A stretch of DNA of 64,000 bases from Aquificaceae bacterium (GCA_041640635.1 JBEPZX010000008.1:1-64000); one strand, 5' to 3'; numbered from the stretch's first letter, positions 29,243 through 40,731 are shown. Notes: generated by a model from the letters alone, not told the origin. Numbers and translations: made by a program.

Positions 29243-29905
29243 ATGAAGAAAAAACTAAAGTATTTAGGTATTAGGTTAGTTATTCCAATAGTTGCCTTTT
29301 ATTTAAAGATTGTTAGTAGAACTATAAAATGGCAAAAGCGTTATGACTTTGATAAAAACGCAAAAATATACGCCATTTGGCATGGGAATGCTCTGTGCAT
29401 AGCTATGGCAGGAATAGACAGAGGAATATACACGCTTGTAAGTAGATTTAGAGATGGAGATATAGCTGCTTACTTGCTAGAAAAGCTCGGATACCATGTT
29501 ATAAGAGGGTCCACAGAAGGAGGTAAAGTGGAAAAAGGAGGGAGATCAGCGCTCTTAAAACTCCTGAAAGTTATCAACCAAGGCTATAGCGTAGCCATCA
29601 CCGTTGATGGTCCCACAGGTCCAGCTTTTGTTGTAAAGAGCGGTATAGTCTTTTTGGCACAAAAGTCTGGAAAACCCATAGTTCCAGCTTATGCAGACTT
29701 CGATAAGTTTATTAGACTAAAAACGTGGGATAGTTTTATGATACCTTTGCCTTTTAGCAAAGCCAGATTGATAGTAGGCAAAGAAATACACGTAAGAGAA
29801 GAAGACTCTATAGAAGAAAAAACTAAGGAGCTTCAGGAGGAACTTTTAGAGGTTTCTTCGTTGGGTATATCTTTTCAGCCAACCTTGGTGCAAAAACGAA
29901 ACTAA
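29243..29905 (+). CDS. DUF374 acyltransferase (LpxJ-like)
   Basis: IWHG, SRFRDGD, IRGS, ITVDGPTGP, WDSF.IPLPF. Confidence 0.88.
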   Translation: MKKKLKYLGIRLVIPIVAFYLKIVSRTIKWQKRYDFDKNAKIYAIWHGNALCIAMAGIDRGIYTLVSRFRDGDIAAYLLEKLGYHVIRGSTEGGKVEKGGRSALLKLLKVINQGYSVAITVDGPTGPAFVVKSGIVFLAQKSGKPIVPAYADFDKFIRLKTWDSFMIPLPFSKARLIVGKEIHVREEDSIEEKTKELQEELLEVSSLGISFQPTLVQKRN

Positions 29906-30974
29906 GCGTTCCAAAAAATGCAGTAATCAGGACCAAAAGAACAGTTATACTTTGAGTAGGTGGGTACATACTTGCAAATATCACCGAGAACTCACCTCTC
30001 GGTAAGAAAGAAAGAGCCGCCCTAAGAGCAGCCCTCTTTCTCAACCCGTATGCTATACCTCCCAAATAGGTAGATAAAAACTTAAGCAATAAAGCAAAAA
30101 CCACAAGGATGAAAAAAAAGGAATAATCAATATCCAAACTTATACTTGATTTAAAAGTAAAGAAGAAGAAAAACACACCTATAGAAATTTCTTTGAGCGA
30201 AGAGATTTGTGTCTCTATTGCTCTAAAGAACTTAGAACCTTCTGGCACCAAAACACCAAGCATAAATGCTATGATGGCTTCAGAGATACCCATATGCTGC
30301 CCAAAACCCGATAAAGTAAGCAAAATACCCAATACGAAAAAGGGAAAGAGATTATCATCCGCAATGTTGTTTAATACCGGCAAACCCTTTGGCACGATGT
30401 AATTGTTTATAACATAAAAAAGTCCAAAAACCAAAGCAACAAATAGTATGCTTTTAAAGGGTGTGAATACACTGAAAGCGAATCCTAAGGAGATGGGTGT
30501 TAGCAAGGACAGTAGGACTATACTCACAAGATCCTCAAATATTAGAACTCCTATTAGGAATTCAGCTTCTGGAAAAACAAGTCTCTTGTAGTCCATGAGG
30601 AGTTTAGCTATGATAGAGGTGCTTGTTGGGTAGAGTATGCATGAAATGATTAATGAAAAAAGTATGTCTTTAGTAAAGATATAGGATATAAAAAAAATCG
30701 GCACAAAGTTTATGAAAAATCCTATAAAGCCAGCACGCCATATGTTGAACATACCCTTTAGCTTCTCGAATGAGTACTCAAGACCTATAAAAAAGAAGAG
30801 CAAGGAAATTGCGGAAATTTCAAATATTTCGAATTGCTCAACTGTTTCCTTGTTTAGAAACTTCTTTCCTACAAGTCCTAACATTAGAAAGGAGAGTATG
30901 TAAGGAATACCGAGATTTTTTAGCAACTTTGGTATTATAAAGAGCAACAGGAGAAAAATGCCGGCGTTTAGCAT
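29823..30974 (-). CDS. CPA2 cation:proton antiporter (KhtU-like)
   Basis: LFFFIGLE, TSTSII, LIFEDL, PRGEFS. Confidence 0.9.
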   Translation of the reverse strand: MLNAGIFLLLLFIIPKLLKNLGIPYILSFLMLGLVGKKFLNKETVEQFEIFEISAISLLFFFIGLEYSFEKLKGMFNIWRAGFIGFFINFVPIFFISYIFTKDILFSLIISCILYPTSTSIIAKLLMDYKRLVFPEAEFLIGVLIFEDLVSIVLLSLLTPISLGFAFSVFTPFKSILFVALVFGLFYVINNYIVPKGLPVLNNIADDNLFPFFVLGILLTLSGFGQHMGISEAIIAFMLGVLVPEGSKFFRAIETQISSLKEISIGVFFFFFTFKSSISLDIDYSFFFILVVFALLLKFLSTYLGGIAYGLRKRAALRAALSFLPRGEFSVIFASMYPPTQSITVLLVLITAFFGTLSFVFAPRLAEKIYPTKKPLKVPPEAP

Positions 30975-31459
30975 TAGGTGCTACACCCACCACATATACT
31001 CAGAAGGTTGTTTATTTGCTGTCTAGTTCCTACTACTACCAAAGTGTCTCCTAATAGTATTTTTTCCTTATAAGGGTCAGGACTAGGAATTATATCTTTA
31101 CCCCTCACTATGGCTATTACAGAAGCCCCCGTTAATTTTCTTATTTGAAGCTCAGCTATTGTCTTGTCTATGAAACTGGATTCTGATTCTACCTTTACCC
31201 ATTCCATAACTACTTCTTTTAGAATAAGTTCCATTTTCTCAGTTTTTATAGGTTGATAGAGAGCGCCAGCGATAAGAAAACCCAGTTCCCTGGCTTCATC
31301 ATCAGTTAAATCAAAACTACATATTACATCTTCGTCATCCGTTAAGTAAATTTCTCTTTTACCCGTGTTGTATATAACTATTACTAAGGCTTGACCGTTG
31401 CTTGTTTTTATGGAGTACTTTTTACCTATCCCCGGAAGATCTGTCTCTTTTAGCTCCAT
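30974..31459 (-). CDS. KhtT-like TrkA-C regulatory subunit
   Basis: [29 protein letters not shown]. Confidence 0.9.
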   Translation of the reverse strand: MELKETDLPGIGKKYSIKTSNGQALVIVIYNTGKREIYLTDDEDVICSFDLTDDEARELGFLIAGALYQPIKTEKMELILKEVVMEWVKVESESSFIDKTIAELQIRKLTGASVIAIVRGKDIIPSPDPYKEKILLGDTLVVVGTRQQINNLLSICGGCST

Positions 31460-31844
31460 AGTTTGCTATTATATCCTGTAACCTCACCACATTCTTCGCA
31501 TTTGATAAGACGATGGACTTGATGACTTCATCCTTTTCGTACTCTTTTTCCATTCTTCTTTTTATAAATTCTAGAAGGCTTTCTATCTGTTTTTCCAACT
31601 CCTCGATTTGCTTTTTCATATTTAGCACGATTTCAACACCAGAGAGGTTAACACCTAGTTCTCTAGTTAGTGTTAAAATTAGCTCCAGAGTTTGAAGATC
31701 TTCATCCGTGTATTGTCTAGTTTTTCCTCTTGTCCTGGTAGGCTTTAGCAATCCTTCTTTTTCGTATAGTCTTAAAGTTTGAGGGTGTATATCGTACATT
31801 TTTGCAACTATTCCTATTGTATAGTAACGTTTCCTTTCCTTCAT
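31422..31844 (-). CDS. hspR: MerR-family heat-shock repressor HspR
   Basis: [26 protein letters not shown]; directly after dnaJ. Confidence 0.88.
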   Translation of the reverse strand: MKERKRYYTIGIVAKMYDIHPQTLRLYEKEGLLKPTRTRGKTRQYTDEDLQTLELILTLTRELGVNLSGVEIVLNMKKQIEELEKQIESLLEFIKRRMEKEYEKDEVIKSIVLSNAKNVVRLQDIIANYGAKRDRSSGDR

Positions 31845-32986
31845 AGCCTTCTTTCCACCACCCTCTTAGGTTCGGGTAATAGCTCGTTTAGCTCCTCTAG
31901 GAGCTTGGTAATTTTTCTACCATCACCTAGAATCTTATTCATAAAACCAAGCTTCGGAATTTCTATGTGCACCCTTACAAACAAATCACCTCTTCCGTAT
32001 CCCCTTAGTTTGGGCATACCGTATCCTTCTATCCTTATTAAATCACCTTCCTTTGAGCCTTCTGGAATTCTTACTCTCACTTTCTCTCCAGAGAGCGATT
32101 GAACCTCTAACTCTGTGCCAAGTATAGCTTCCGTAACCTTTATGTTTACATCTAAATAGAGATTGTCTCCCTTCCTCTCAAAAATAGGGTGCTGTCTCAA
32201 TTTAATTAGTATGTATAGGTCACCGTTTGGACCACCATTCTTTCCTGCGTGCCCTTTACCCTCCAAAAGGATTTTGGAACCACTGTCCACACCAGGTGGT
32301 ATTCTAACCTTGAGATTCTCCCTGATAGGTATAGTTCCCTGTCCTTTGCACTTGTAGCACGGCTCTCTAATTACGCCAGTCCCTCCACATGTAGGGCAAG
32401 TTTGTGATATGGTAAGGAAAAACTGTCTCTGATAGATTTCGCCTTTTCCACCGCATGTAGGGCATACTTTCTCTTCTTTGCTTCTGTCGTATCCATACCC
32501 TCCACACACATCACAAGCTACATTTCTATTTACCCATATTTCCACTATAGTACCTTTGTAAGCTTCTTCTAATGAAATTTCCACTGTATAGTAAATGTCC
32601 TCACCCTTAATCGGCATTGAATACGACCTTCTTCTACCTTTCGTTGCCTTTTCGAATATGTCCTCGAAACCAAATCCCCTAAGTATCTCATCAAATATTT
32701 CCCCCACGTTAAGGTTTTCTGTAAAGAAGACATCCTGAGCAGACGATGCCTGAGCGCTGAAGGCTGCATGACCATACTGGTCATATAGTTTTCTTTTTTC
32801 TGGATCAGATAGTATCTGGTAAGCTTCGTTTATCTCTTTAAACTTTTCTTGCGCATCTGGGTCTTTGTTAAAATCGGGATGATACTTTCTAGCTAGTTTT
32901 CTATAGGCTTTTTTTATCTCTTCTTGCGTAGCGTTCCTACTGACACCCAAAACCTCGTAGTAATCCTTCTTAGCTGATTGTGCCAT
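31841..32986 (-). CDS. dnaJ: chaperone DnaJ
   Basis: J domain HPD, four CxxCxGxG repeats, C-terminal domains. Confidence 0.97.
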   Translation of the reverse strand: MAQSAKKDYYEVLGVSRNATQEEIKKAYRKLARKYHPDFNKDPDAQEKFKEINEAYQILSDPEKRKLYDQYGHAAFSAQASSAQDVFFTENLNVGEIFDEILRGFGFEDIFEKATKGRRRSYSMPIKGEDIYYTVEISLEEAYKGTIVEIWVNRNVACDVCGGYGYDRSKEEKVCPTCGGKGEIYQRQFFLTISQTCPTCGGTGVIREPCYKCKGQGTIPIRENLKVRIPPGVDSGSKILLEGKGHAGKNGGPNGDLYILIKLRQHPIFERKGDNLYLDVNIKVTEAILGTELEVQSLSGEKVRVRIPEGSKEGDLIRIEGYGMPKLRGYGRGDLFVRVHIEIPKLGFMNKILGDGRKITKLLEELNELLPEPKRVVERRL

Positions 32987-33030
32987 AATGTTTTATAATA
33001 AATTTTAGTCAAGTTTTGTCAAGTTCATAA

Positions 33031-34236
33031 CTATTCGGTTACTACTATACCATCTAGCTTTAGTTTCCTTATTTTAATTAATTCTCTCTCTGCTTCTATT
33101 CTAGAGGTGTATGGGCCAAGCATTACCCTATATAAATTATCCTTTTCAGCAATAGTAATATTCTTTAAAGCTGTAGTTTCTTCAAGCCTACTCTTAAATG
33201 CATCAGCATTTGTTTTCATAGAAAAAACAGCAATTTGTATATAAAAAACCGTTTCTGTAGGAGAAGTCTGGGATTTATTATCTACATTCGCCGTATTTTC
33301 TTTGTTTTTCTGATCTTCCTTAGACTGCTCTACTTTACTACTTTCTGAGTCTAGATTATCCTTTTTTGTATCTATTTGCATGACTTTAACCTGTTGTTCA
33401 TCCCTTTGTCCAGGAGATTCATCCTTTTTGAATAGCTCTTTATCTTCCGGTAATAAGCCATGCTTTTTTTTATGTTCACTAATTAGTATCTGATCCAATA
33501 GTGCTTTTGCTTGACTATATGTATTTGTATCAAGATTCCTTTCTTCTAACAATTCAGACAGTATAGCCTTTGATGATGCTGTGTTACCAAATAACCACAA
33601 ACTTCTAGCAGCATCTAATCTTAGCTTAGGATCTAATTGTGGATTTTGTTGGATTAACCTCAAATATACACTAGACGCTTTATCATACTCTTTCCTTTCT
33701 TGGTAAAATCTGGCTAATTCGATTTGAGGTTCTAGAAAATTCGGATTGTATAGAGAGGCTTTAATTAGATTATTCACATACATCTCAGGATTACCTAGCT
33801 GCTGGTAAACTTTAGCTAAGTAATAATAAGCTATATGTTTCTTATCAAAAGTTTCATCACCTATAGATACATCTAGATTTTCTTTTGCTTTTACGTAATC
33901 TCTCTTTTTGTAATACATTATACCCCTATTTAAGTAAGTTTCAGAAAACCCTTTATCGATTTCTATAGCTTTTAAAAAAGCAGCCTCAGCTTTTTCATAC
34001 TCTTCTACTTCAGTATAAGCAATACCTAAGGCATTCCACACCTTGGGATCTCTTGGCATAAGCTGTACGGCTTTGTTAAAGTTGGCTATTGCTTCAGAAT
34101 AGTTTTTTAAAAGGAACGATGACATACCAAGCTCATAGTGATACTGCCATTTGGAACTTTCCTTTTCAGACGAATCTAAGTTCACAGCACAAGAGTAAAT
34201 TAAAAAGATAATACATACAAGAATCGCCTTTCTCAC
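33031..34236 (-). CDS. TPR lipoprotein (PilF/PilW-like) with C-terminal SPOR domain
   Basis: lipobox IYSC, TPR repeats, YIQIAVFS..YRVMLGPY. Confidence 0.8.
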   Translation of the reverse strand: MRKAILVCIIFLIYSCAVNLDSSEKESSKWQYHYELGMSSFLLKNYSEAIANFNKAVQLMPRDPKVWNALGIAYTEVEEYEKAEAAFLKAIEIDKGFSETYLNRGIMYYKKRDYVKAKENLDVSIGDETFDKKHIAYYYLAKVYQQLGNPEMYVNNLIKASLYNPNFLEPQIELARFYQERKEYDKASSVYLRLIQQNPQLDPKLRLDAARSLWLFGNTASSKAILSELLEERNLDTNTYSQAKALLDQILISEHKKKHGLLPEDKELFKKDESPGQRDEQQVKVMQIDTKKDNLDSESSKVEQSKEDQKNKENTANVDNKSQTSPTETVFYIQIAVFSMKTNADAFKSRLEETTALKNITIAEKDNLYRVMLGPYTSRIEAERELIKIRKLKLDGIVVTE

Positions 34237-34775
34237 TTCAGAATAGCACCTCCGAATGTTACTCTTAGTTTTCTAAGCTCAGTGTTTATATCGCTAGTTT
34301 GAACTTTTATCATAACTTTATAAAAGTTTTCCTCTTCCTTTAAATATGCAGAATAGCCTAGAGACTTAGCTTTATTTAGAGCCTTTGTCGCATTTTCTTT
34401 GTTAGCAAAAGCTCCTATTTGTATTGTATAAACTTTGCCAGATTCTTGTTCTAACTTCTTATCTTGTTTACTTTCCTGAGACAATGTTTTTTGTTGTATC
34501 TCTTGTGGTTTTTCCTGAACCTTACTGTCTTGTATAACTTTTGCTATAACATCTTGCTTACTTTCTTGAGTCTTTAGATTACTTTTCTGCTCTTCTGTTT
34601 GTTTTTGAATACTTTCCTGTTGAGATTGAGATTGCTGAGTTTGTACCGGAGCAACAACTACTGGTGGCGGTTGTGGTTTTTCCTTAGAGGATATCCATGA
34701 CTCTAACCCTACATAAAAGGACAGCAAGGCTACTATTATGCCGAGGAGAATTATCAACCTTCTATTTTTTCCCAT
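34233..34775 (-). CDS. SPOR domain membrane protein
   Basis: N-terminal TM, Q/E/K-rich linker, YTIQIGAF..NA. Confidence 0.85.
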   Translation of the reverse strand: MGKNRRLIILLGIIVALLSFYVGLESWISSKEKPQPPPVVVAPVQTQQSQSQQESIQKQTEEQKSNLKTQESKQDVIAKVIQDSKVQEKPQEIQQKTLSQESKQDKKLEQESGKVYTIQIGAFANKENATKALNKAKSLGYSAYLKEEENFYKVMIKVQTSDINTELRKLRVTFGGAILK

Positions 34776-34787
34776 AGTGTCCCTCCT

Positions 34788-36440
34788 TTACATACGAGAT
34801 GGAGCTTCTACTCCTATCAATTTTAAACTATAATTAATAACCTTTCCTATACCTTGGAATAGAGCTAATCTTGCTTTCATTAAGTTCTTATCATCAACCA
34901 AAACTCTGTTGTGGTTGTAATAATTATGAAAATCCTTAGCCAAGGATATGAGATTATAGGTAATTATATGAGGCATTAAGTTCTCAGCAGCATCAATTAA
35001 GACATCCTTAAACAGTAAACACTTTTTCATAAGTTTTGTTTCTACATCTTGACTTAAGAATTGTACGTAGTTTGCCAAATTCTCATTATCTACATCGATT
35101 CCGTATCTTGCCTTTACTTCTCTCGTAACCCCCATTATACGGGCATGAGCATACTGAACATAGAATACGGGATTATCTGATGTTTTTTCCTTGACGATAT
35201 CTATATCAAAGTCCAAAGGAGTATCACTTCGTTTTGTTAGAAACATAAACCTAACAGCATCTTGTCCAACATCCTCTATGAGTTCCTTTAGAGTTATAAA
35301 CTCGCCTGTTCTCTTGGACATTCTTATTTCTTGCCCACCACTTAAAAGCCTTACCATTTGAACAAATTCCACTTTTAACCAATCTTTTATGCCAAGTGCT
35401 TTTAATGCTGCTTCAAGTCTGGGTAAATATCCATGATGATCTGCTCCCCATATATTTATAGCAATTTCAAAATCTCTCTTGTATTTGTTATAGTGATACG
35501 CCACATCGTTGGCAAAGTACGTGTATGTACCATCTGATCTTATCAAGACTCTATCTTTGTCATCACCAAAGTCAGTAGATCTAAACCACAAAGCTCCATC
35601 CTTTTCGTATGTAAAACCTCGCTTTGTAAGTTCTTCTATAACTTCTTTTACCAAACCTTTTTCTAATAGGCTTCTTTCGCTAAAATAACTATCAAAAATT
35701 ACATTCATAGATTTGAGAACATGCTTTATATCCTCCATTAATCTATTGACACTGTATTGGCTGCATACTTGGATAGCTTTGCCTATATCTTCCTTTAAAA
35801 GAGCTTGGCCATAAAAAGCTTTTACATCCTTTGCCAAATCCACGATATATAGTCCTTTGTAACCTTCTTTCTCGAAGGCTTCTTTAATATCAGGGTTTTC
35901 TATTCCAAATAACTCCAAGTATCTATGAAATACAGACAAACCTAGTAAATGGACTTGATATCCTGCATCGTTAATATAGTATTCTCTATAAACATTGTAG
36001 CCGTAACTTTTTAAAAGTTTTGCAATAACGTCACCTACTACCGCTCCTCTTCCATGACCTATGTGCATTGGTCCTGTAGGATTTGCACTTACAAACTCAA
36101 GTATAACTTTTTTACCCTTTCCAAGATCTTCTTTGAAGTAATCCGTACCTAAAGTCAAAAATTTTTCAAACTCCCTTTTAACGAAATTTTCTGTGAATGT
36201 GAAGTTTAGAAAACCTCCTATAGCTTGAGCGGTAAATTCCATAGAGGAAAGATCTTTGGCAATTCTGTTAGCAATTTCCTGCGGATTTTTTTTTGCACTT
36301 TTGGCAAAAATAAAAGCAATATTTGTAGAGTAATCACCGTATTCTTCTTTTTTTGGGGACTCCAAAACCAAGTTATCTACTTTAGGAAGGTTGTTTAAGT
36401 TTATATACTCAGTCAATCTTTTGATTAATAGATTTTTCAT
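34788..36440 (-). CDS. argS: arginyl-tRNA synthetase
   Basis: SANPTGPMHIGH, WGADH, MSKRTG, YVQYAHAR. Confidence 0.98.
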   Translation of the reverse strand: MKNLLIKRLTEYINLNNLPKVDNLVLESPKKEEYGDYSTNIAFIFAKSAKKNPQEIANRIAKDLSSMEFTAQAIGGFLNFTFTENFVKREFEKFLTLGTDYFKEDLGKGKKVILEFVSANPTGPMHIGHGRGAVVGDVIAKLLKSYGYNVYREYYINDAGYQVHLLGLSVFHRYLELFGIENPDIKEAFEKEGYKGLYIVDLAKDVKAFYGQALLKEDIGKAIQVCSQYSVNRLMEDIKHVLKSMNVIFDSYFSERSLLEKGLVKEVIEELTKRGFTYEKDGALWFRSTDFGDDKDRVLIRSDGTYTYFANDVAYHYNKYKRDFEIAINIWGADHHGYLPRLEAALKALGIKDWLKVEFVQMVRLLSGGQEIRMSKRTGEFITLKELIEDVGQDAVRFMFLTKRSDTPLDFDIDIVKEKTSDNPVFYVQYAHARIMGVTREVKARYGIDVDNENLANYVQFLSQDVETKLMKKCLLFKDVLIDAAENLMPHIITYNLISLAKDFHNYYNHNRVLVDDKNLMKARLALFQGIGKVINYSLKLIGVEAPSRM

Positions 36441-36538
36441 AAGATTAATATTATAGATTACAAGCCCATTGTAGCCTCTATTTCCTTAGGTGCAAAGACT
36501 TAAATCACGATAAGAAAGATGGATCTTTAGAATATGTA

Positions 36539-37045
36539 TTAATCGTTACTAAATAACTTTTTTAACTCTATATGTTTTGCACACACCAAAAAAGCTCTTT
36601 CTTTAGCGTTTTCTTTGTAAAACTCACAAGCATGTTCTTTCAGATCTTCACTGAAAGATATTTCATGGAACAGATGAGCTACATTTTCAGAGTCCGTAAA
36701 GCTTTTCCTAAACATAGACCCTACAAACCACAACCCCTTTGTATCGCTCATTTGGAAATAAACCTGGCAAACTTCATTGTAGGCAAAACCCTTTTGTGCT
36801 AAGGTGTAAGTATACAAAAACACATTCTTTGGATCTTTGATAAACTCTGTTCTGTCCTTTGCAATATCAAGATCCAGTCTATAGCATTCCTCCCACAAAA
36901 GTTTGGTAATACTGAAAGGCACATCAAATGATAGATTCAGTTTTCTTTCCAACTCCTGTTCATACTTTTCACTTTTTTTGCAAGATAGAACTGAAATAGC
37001 AATCAATAAAGTTATTATGAAAGGTTTAAGGTTACTAATCCTCAT
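36539..37045 (-). CDS. hypothetical lipoprotein
   Basis: lipobox VLSC; overlaps the carB stop. Confidence 0.6.
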   Translation of the reverse strand: MRISNLKPFIITLLIAISVLSCKKSEKYEQELERKLNLSFDVPFSITKLLWEECYRLDLDIAKDRTEFIKDPKNVFLYTYTLAQKGFAYNEVCQVYFQMSDTKGLWFVGSMFRKSFTDSENVAHLFHEISFSEDLKEHACEFYKENAKERAFLVCAKHIELKKLFSND

Positions 37046-38711
37046 CCAAAATCACTTCGCCATTTTCCATATAGTAAGGTCTCTCATATGAAGAGTAATA
37101 ATATGGAGTGTAAGCTCTAAATTCACCAGCACAAGTATCCACACCTTTGAATGTAGGAAGTATGCCCATATTAAATCTTAGCTTTCTTATCTCGCTTTCT
37201 GATTTACCTAGTATTTTGGCTATATGGTAATCCAAAAGTCCCATCTCCTTTGCTATCCGTAGTGTATCTTCGCTTAGGTTCTCTGTGTTTTCAAGATGCT
37301 TTATAAAATCTACTATTTCTTTTATGTTATATAAAAACCATTTATCTATTTTGCTAAGCTGATAAACCGTTTCAATTGGGTAATCTCTCTTGAAAGCTTC
37401 CATCAAACACCATAATCTATCTGGTGATGGTATTCTGATACACCTTTTTAGTTCTTCATCTTCCAAAGCTGAGAATTTTTCATCGAACAAATCTAAGCTC
37501 TCTTTTTCTAAGCTCCTAATAGCTTTCATTAGGGCTTCCTTGAAAGTTCTTCCTATAGCCATAACCTCACCAACCGATTTCATCATCGTCGTTAGAGTTC
37601 TGTCGGCTTCTGGGAATTTGGCAAAATCAAAACGCGGAATTTTAACCACTACATAATCTATTGAAGGTTCGAAGGAAGCTGGAGTATGCTTGGTTATATC
37701 GTTTTTTAGCTCATCCAATGTGTATCCTACAGCCAACTTTGCAGCCACTTTGGCAATCGGAAAGCCTGTAGCCTTAGAGGCTAAAGCTGAGCTTCTAGAG
37801 ACTCTGGGATTCATCTCTATAACGTAAAAGTCCCCATTGTCTGGATTCACAGCAAACTGCACATTTGAGCCTCCTGTATCTACGCCTATTTCTCTCATTA
37901 TGGATATGCACGCATCTCTGAGTATCTGATACTCCTTATCGCTAAGCGTTTGAGCAGGAGCTACCGTTATAGAGTCTCCTGTGTGAACCCCCATAGGGTC
38001 AAAATTTTCTATAGAACAGACTATTATTACGTTATCTTTTTTATCTCTTATGACTTCAAACTCAAATTCCTTCCATCCAATTAAAGATTTATCTATCAAT
38101 ACTTGTCTTATATGAGAAGCATCTAAAGCCAACTTTAACTTTTCCGGAAATTCTTCCATGTTGTAAACAATAGACCCACCTGTTCCACCTAAGGTAAAAG
38201 CTGGTCTTAGAATAGCTGGGAAGCCTATATCCTTTATTACAGCTATTCCTTCTTCTACGGAAGACACTATGGCACTTTCCGGAACTTTTATACCTATGTT
38301 CCGCATAGACTTTCTAAAAAGGTCCCTATCTTCACCTTTTTTTATCGCATGATAATTAGCACCAATCAACTCCACACCATATTTGTGCAAAATGCCTTCT
38401 TCATATAGCTTTACAGCTAAGTTAAGAGCTGTTTGACCACCCAATGTAGGTAATAAAGCATCTGGTCTTTCCTTTTGTATTATTTTTTCTAAAATCTCTA
38501 TAGTTAGAGGTTCTATATAGGTTCTGTCGGCTATTTCAGGATCTGTCATTATAGTGGCGGGATTAGAATTTACTAAAATGATTTTGAAACCTTCTTCTTT
38601 CAAAGCTTTACAAGCTTGGGTTCCAGAATAATCAAACTCGGCAGCTTGACCTATCACTATGGGACCAGAACCTATTATGAGTATGCTATTTATGTCTGTT
38701 CTTCTTGGCAT
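37035..38711 (-). CDS. carB: carbamoyl-phosphate synthetase large subunit, N-terminal half
   Basis: [33 protein letters not shown], ends after [14 protein letters not shown] at 558 aa. Confidence 0.95.
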   Translation of the reverse strand: MPRRTDINSILIIGSGPIVIGQAAEFDYSGTQACKALKEEGFKIILVNSNPATIMTDPEIADRTYIEPLTIEILEKIIQKERPDALLPTLGGQTALNLAVKLYEEGILHKYGVELIGANYHAIKKGEDRDLFRKSMRNIGIKVPESAIVSSVEEGIAVIKDIGFPAILRPAFTLGGTGGSIVYNMEEFPEKLKLALDASHIRQVLIDKSLIGWKEFEFEVIRDKKDNVIIVCSIENFDPMGVHTGDSITVAPAQTLSDKEYQILRDACISIMREIGVDTGGSNVQFAVNPDNGDFYVIEMNPRVSRSSALASKATGFPIAKVAAKLAVGYTLDELKNDITKHTPASFEPSIDYVVVKIPRFDFAKFPEADRTLTTMMKSVGEVMAIGRTFKEALMKAIRSLEKESLDLFDEKFSALEDEELKRCIRIPSPDRLWCLMEAFKRDYPIETVYQLSKIDKWFLYNIKEIVDFIKHLENTENLSEDTLRIAKEMGLLDYHIAKILGKSESEIRKLRFNMGILPTFKGVDTCAGEFRAYTPYYYSSYERPYYMENGEVILDED

Positions 38712-38722
38712 TAAAGTTTTTA

Positions 38723-39616
38723 TTATACACTAACCTTAGCTTTTAATCGGCATACTGGGCAAATTGAAGAAGAGGAAGGTTCACCACATACCTCGCACAC
38801 ACTTAAGTTTTTTTCTTCTTTGGTATTTAAAACAGGATAAACTTTCCTCAGAAACTCTAGATAAAATCTCAGTTTAGTTCCTGGACTTTCTTCTTCTAGC
38901 GAAGCAAGAAGCTTTTTGTAGCTTATAGTAGTAGAACCTTCAGCAAAAGGACATTCTTCTTCGATGTACTCTATCCCACTAAAGAAAGCATAAAGAGCAT
39001 TTTCCTTTTCGGTCATTTTACACAAAGGTTTGACCTTTCTAACAAAGCCGTGTTCCTCATTTAGAACTGGATACTGACGCCTTAGATACTCTAAATTCCA
39101 AGTCATTACGTTAGAGAATAAGACAGCCACCTCGTCGTCCAAGTTATGTCCTGTAGCGATAACATTATAGTTCAAATCTTTGGCTGTCTTATTCATATAG
39201 TAGCGCTTTAGAGTTCCACATACAGAACAAGCAGGTCTCTTGTCTAGCTCCTTTATAGTGGGAATAGGTGCTACTTCTTTCTTCAGTTCCACAATGTAAA
39301 GATGCCTGCCTATAACTTTTGCAAACTTTTCTGCAATCTCTTTGGATTTTTCTGAGTATTCACCTATTCCTAAATCTATATATAGACCATCGGCGCGATA
39401 TCCTAAATGTGTAAGTACTTGCCAAAGGCTTAAGCTATCTTTACCTCCTGAAACGGCAACCAATACGTTGTCACTTTTAGAAAACATCTTGAACTCTTTT
39501 ATTGTTGCTTCCACTCTTTTTTCGAACCACTCTACGTAATGGTCTCTGCACAAAGAAAGCCTATGGGAAGGTAGATAAATCCCAGCTTTTTTATTGCACT
39601 TCAAACACTTTCTCAT
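38723..39616 (-). CDS. ttuA: tRNA 2-thiolation enzyme TtuA/Ncs6 family
   Basis: PP-loop [21 protein letters not shown]- and C-terminal Zn fingers. Confidence 0.88.
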   Translation of the reverse strand: MRKCLKCNKKAGIYLPSHRLSLCRDHYVEWFEKRVEATIKEFKMFSKSDNVLVAVSGGKDSLSLWQVLTHLGYRADGLYIDLGIGEYSEKSKEIAEKFAKVIGRHLYIVELKKEVAPIPTIKELDKRPACSVCGTLKRYYMNKTAKDLNYNVIATGHNLDDEVAVLFSNVMTWNLEYLRRQYPVLNEEHGFVRKVKPLCKMTEKENALYAFFSGIEYIEEECPFAEGSTTISYKKLLASLEEESPGTKLRFYLEFLRKVYPVLNTKEEKNLSVCEVCGEPSSSSICPVCRLKAKVSV

Positions 39617-39635
39617 AAGTTTATAATTTAAGCTT

Positions 39636-40277
39636 ATGGATATTCAGACCGCTATAATCGCCATACCAGCCATAATGACAGCTGTTATATTGCACGAGTT
39701 TGCTCACGGTTGGGTAGCTTACAAAGTAGGAGACAGTACTGCTAAAGAATTTGGAAGACTAACGCTAAATCCAATACCCCATATAGATCCCTTTGGTACT
39801 ATACTTTTTCCAGCTTTGCTAATAATACTTGGATCCCCCATACTCTTTGGATGGGCCAAGCCTGTTCCCATAAATCCCATGAGATTTAGAGATATAAAGA
39901 AGGGGACATTTCTTGTATCCATAGCAGGTATATCTATGAACATAGTTTTGGCTACAATATTTGCTTTGCTCGCAAGAACTATAAATAGTGGTTACATAGA
40001 CTTTCTAGGTTCATATATTTTAGAACCCCTATACATATTTTCCACTTACTCTGTACTTATAAACCTTGTTTTGGCATTCTTTAATGCTATTCCTATACCA
40101 CCTTTAGACGGCAGCAGAGCTTTAATGAGCTTTTTTTCTATAAAGTACTGGGAGACTTTCTATAGGTTTGAAACTTATGGCTTTTTAATAATAACCATAC
40201 TAATATTTACGGGTGTTATAGGTAAGATAATATTTCCATTCATTAGGTACTTTTACAACGTACTGTTAGGAGTATGA
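39636..40277 (+). CDS. site-2 (M50) membrane metalloprotease
   Basis: HEFAH, GWAKPVP, NAIPIPPLDG. Confidence 0.93.
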   Translation: MDIQTAIIAIPAIMTAVILHEFAHGWVAYKVGDSTAKEFGRLTLNPIPHIDPFGTILFPALLIILGSPILFGWAKPVPINPMRFRDIKKGTFLVSIAGISMNIVLATIFALLARTINSGYIDFLGSYILEPLYIFSTYSVLINLVLAFFNAIPIPPLDGSRALMSFFSIKYWETFYRFETYGFLIITILIFTGVIGKIIFPFIRYFYNVLLGV

Positions 40278-40705
40278 TAATGAGATCTTGGAACTACTTT
40301 ATACAGATAAAGGCTATAGGAAGGGATAGAGAAGAAGAAGCATCAGCTCTTTACATAGTTGCATTGCCTCCAGATGAAAACATACTGAAAAATGTAGAAA
40401 TGGAATGTTACGCACAAGAGTATGTACCAGGTGAGATAGCCATAAAGTATGGCAGAGCTTACGCTATAGGAACGGATTTGCAGATATCCAATCCAGAAGA
40501 ATACGGTCTTATAGGTTATAGGGGAGATATGGATCTTTACATATTTAAGGAAAATATGAGCTTTGAGGAAGGCTTAGTTAATCTGTATAAAATTTTGATA
40601 ACTGATCTTTCTAAGAGAATGCAAATCGAGTATATATACCCAATTGTTGATGTTGGATCACCTCCAGAGGAAGTTATGTTAGATTGCCTTAAAAAGGCTA
40701 TATGA
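40274..40705 (+). CDS. hypothetical protein
   Basis: 143-aa ORF coupled to the upstream gene. Confidence 0.7.
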   Translation: MIMRSWNYFIQIKAIGRDREEEASALYIVALPPDENILKNVEMECYAQEYVPGEIAIKYGRAYAIGTDLQISNPEEYGLIGYRGDMDLYIFKENMSFEEGLVNLYKILITDLSKRMQIEYIYPIVDVGSPPEEVMLDCLKKAI

Positions 40706-40731
40706 GAGATTTAAATTAAATTGGAACACTA

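Noticed and set aside
34440..34660. Repetitive-looking DNA
   Set aside because: Encodes the Q/E/K-rich linker of the SPOR protein; not a repeat array.
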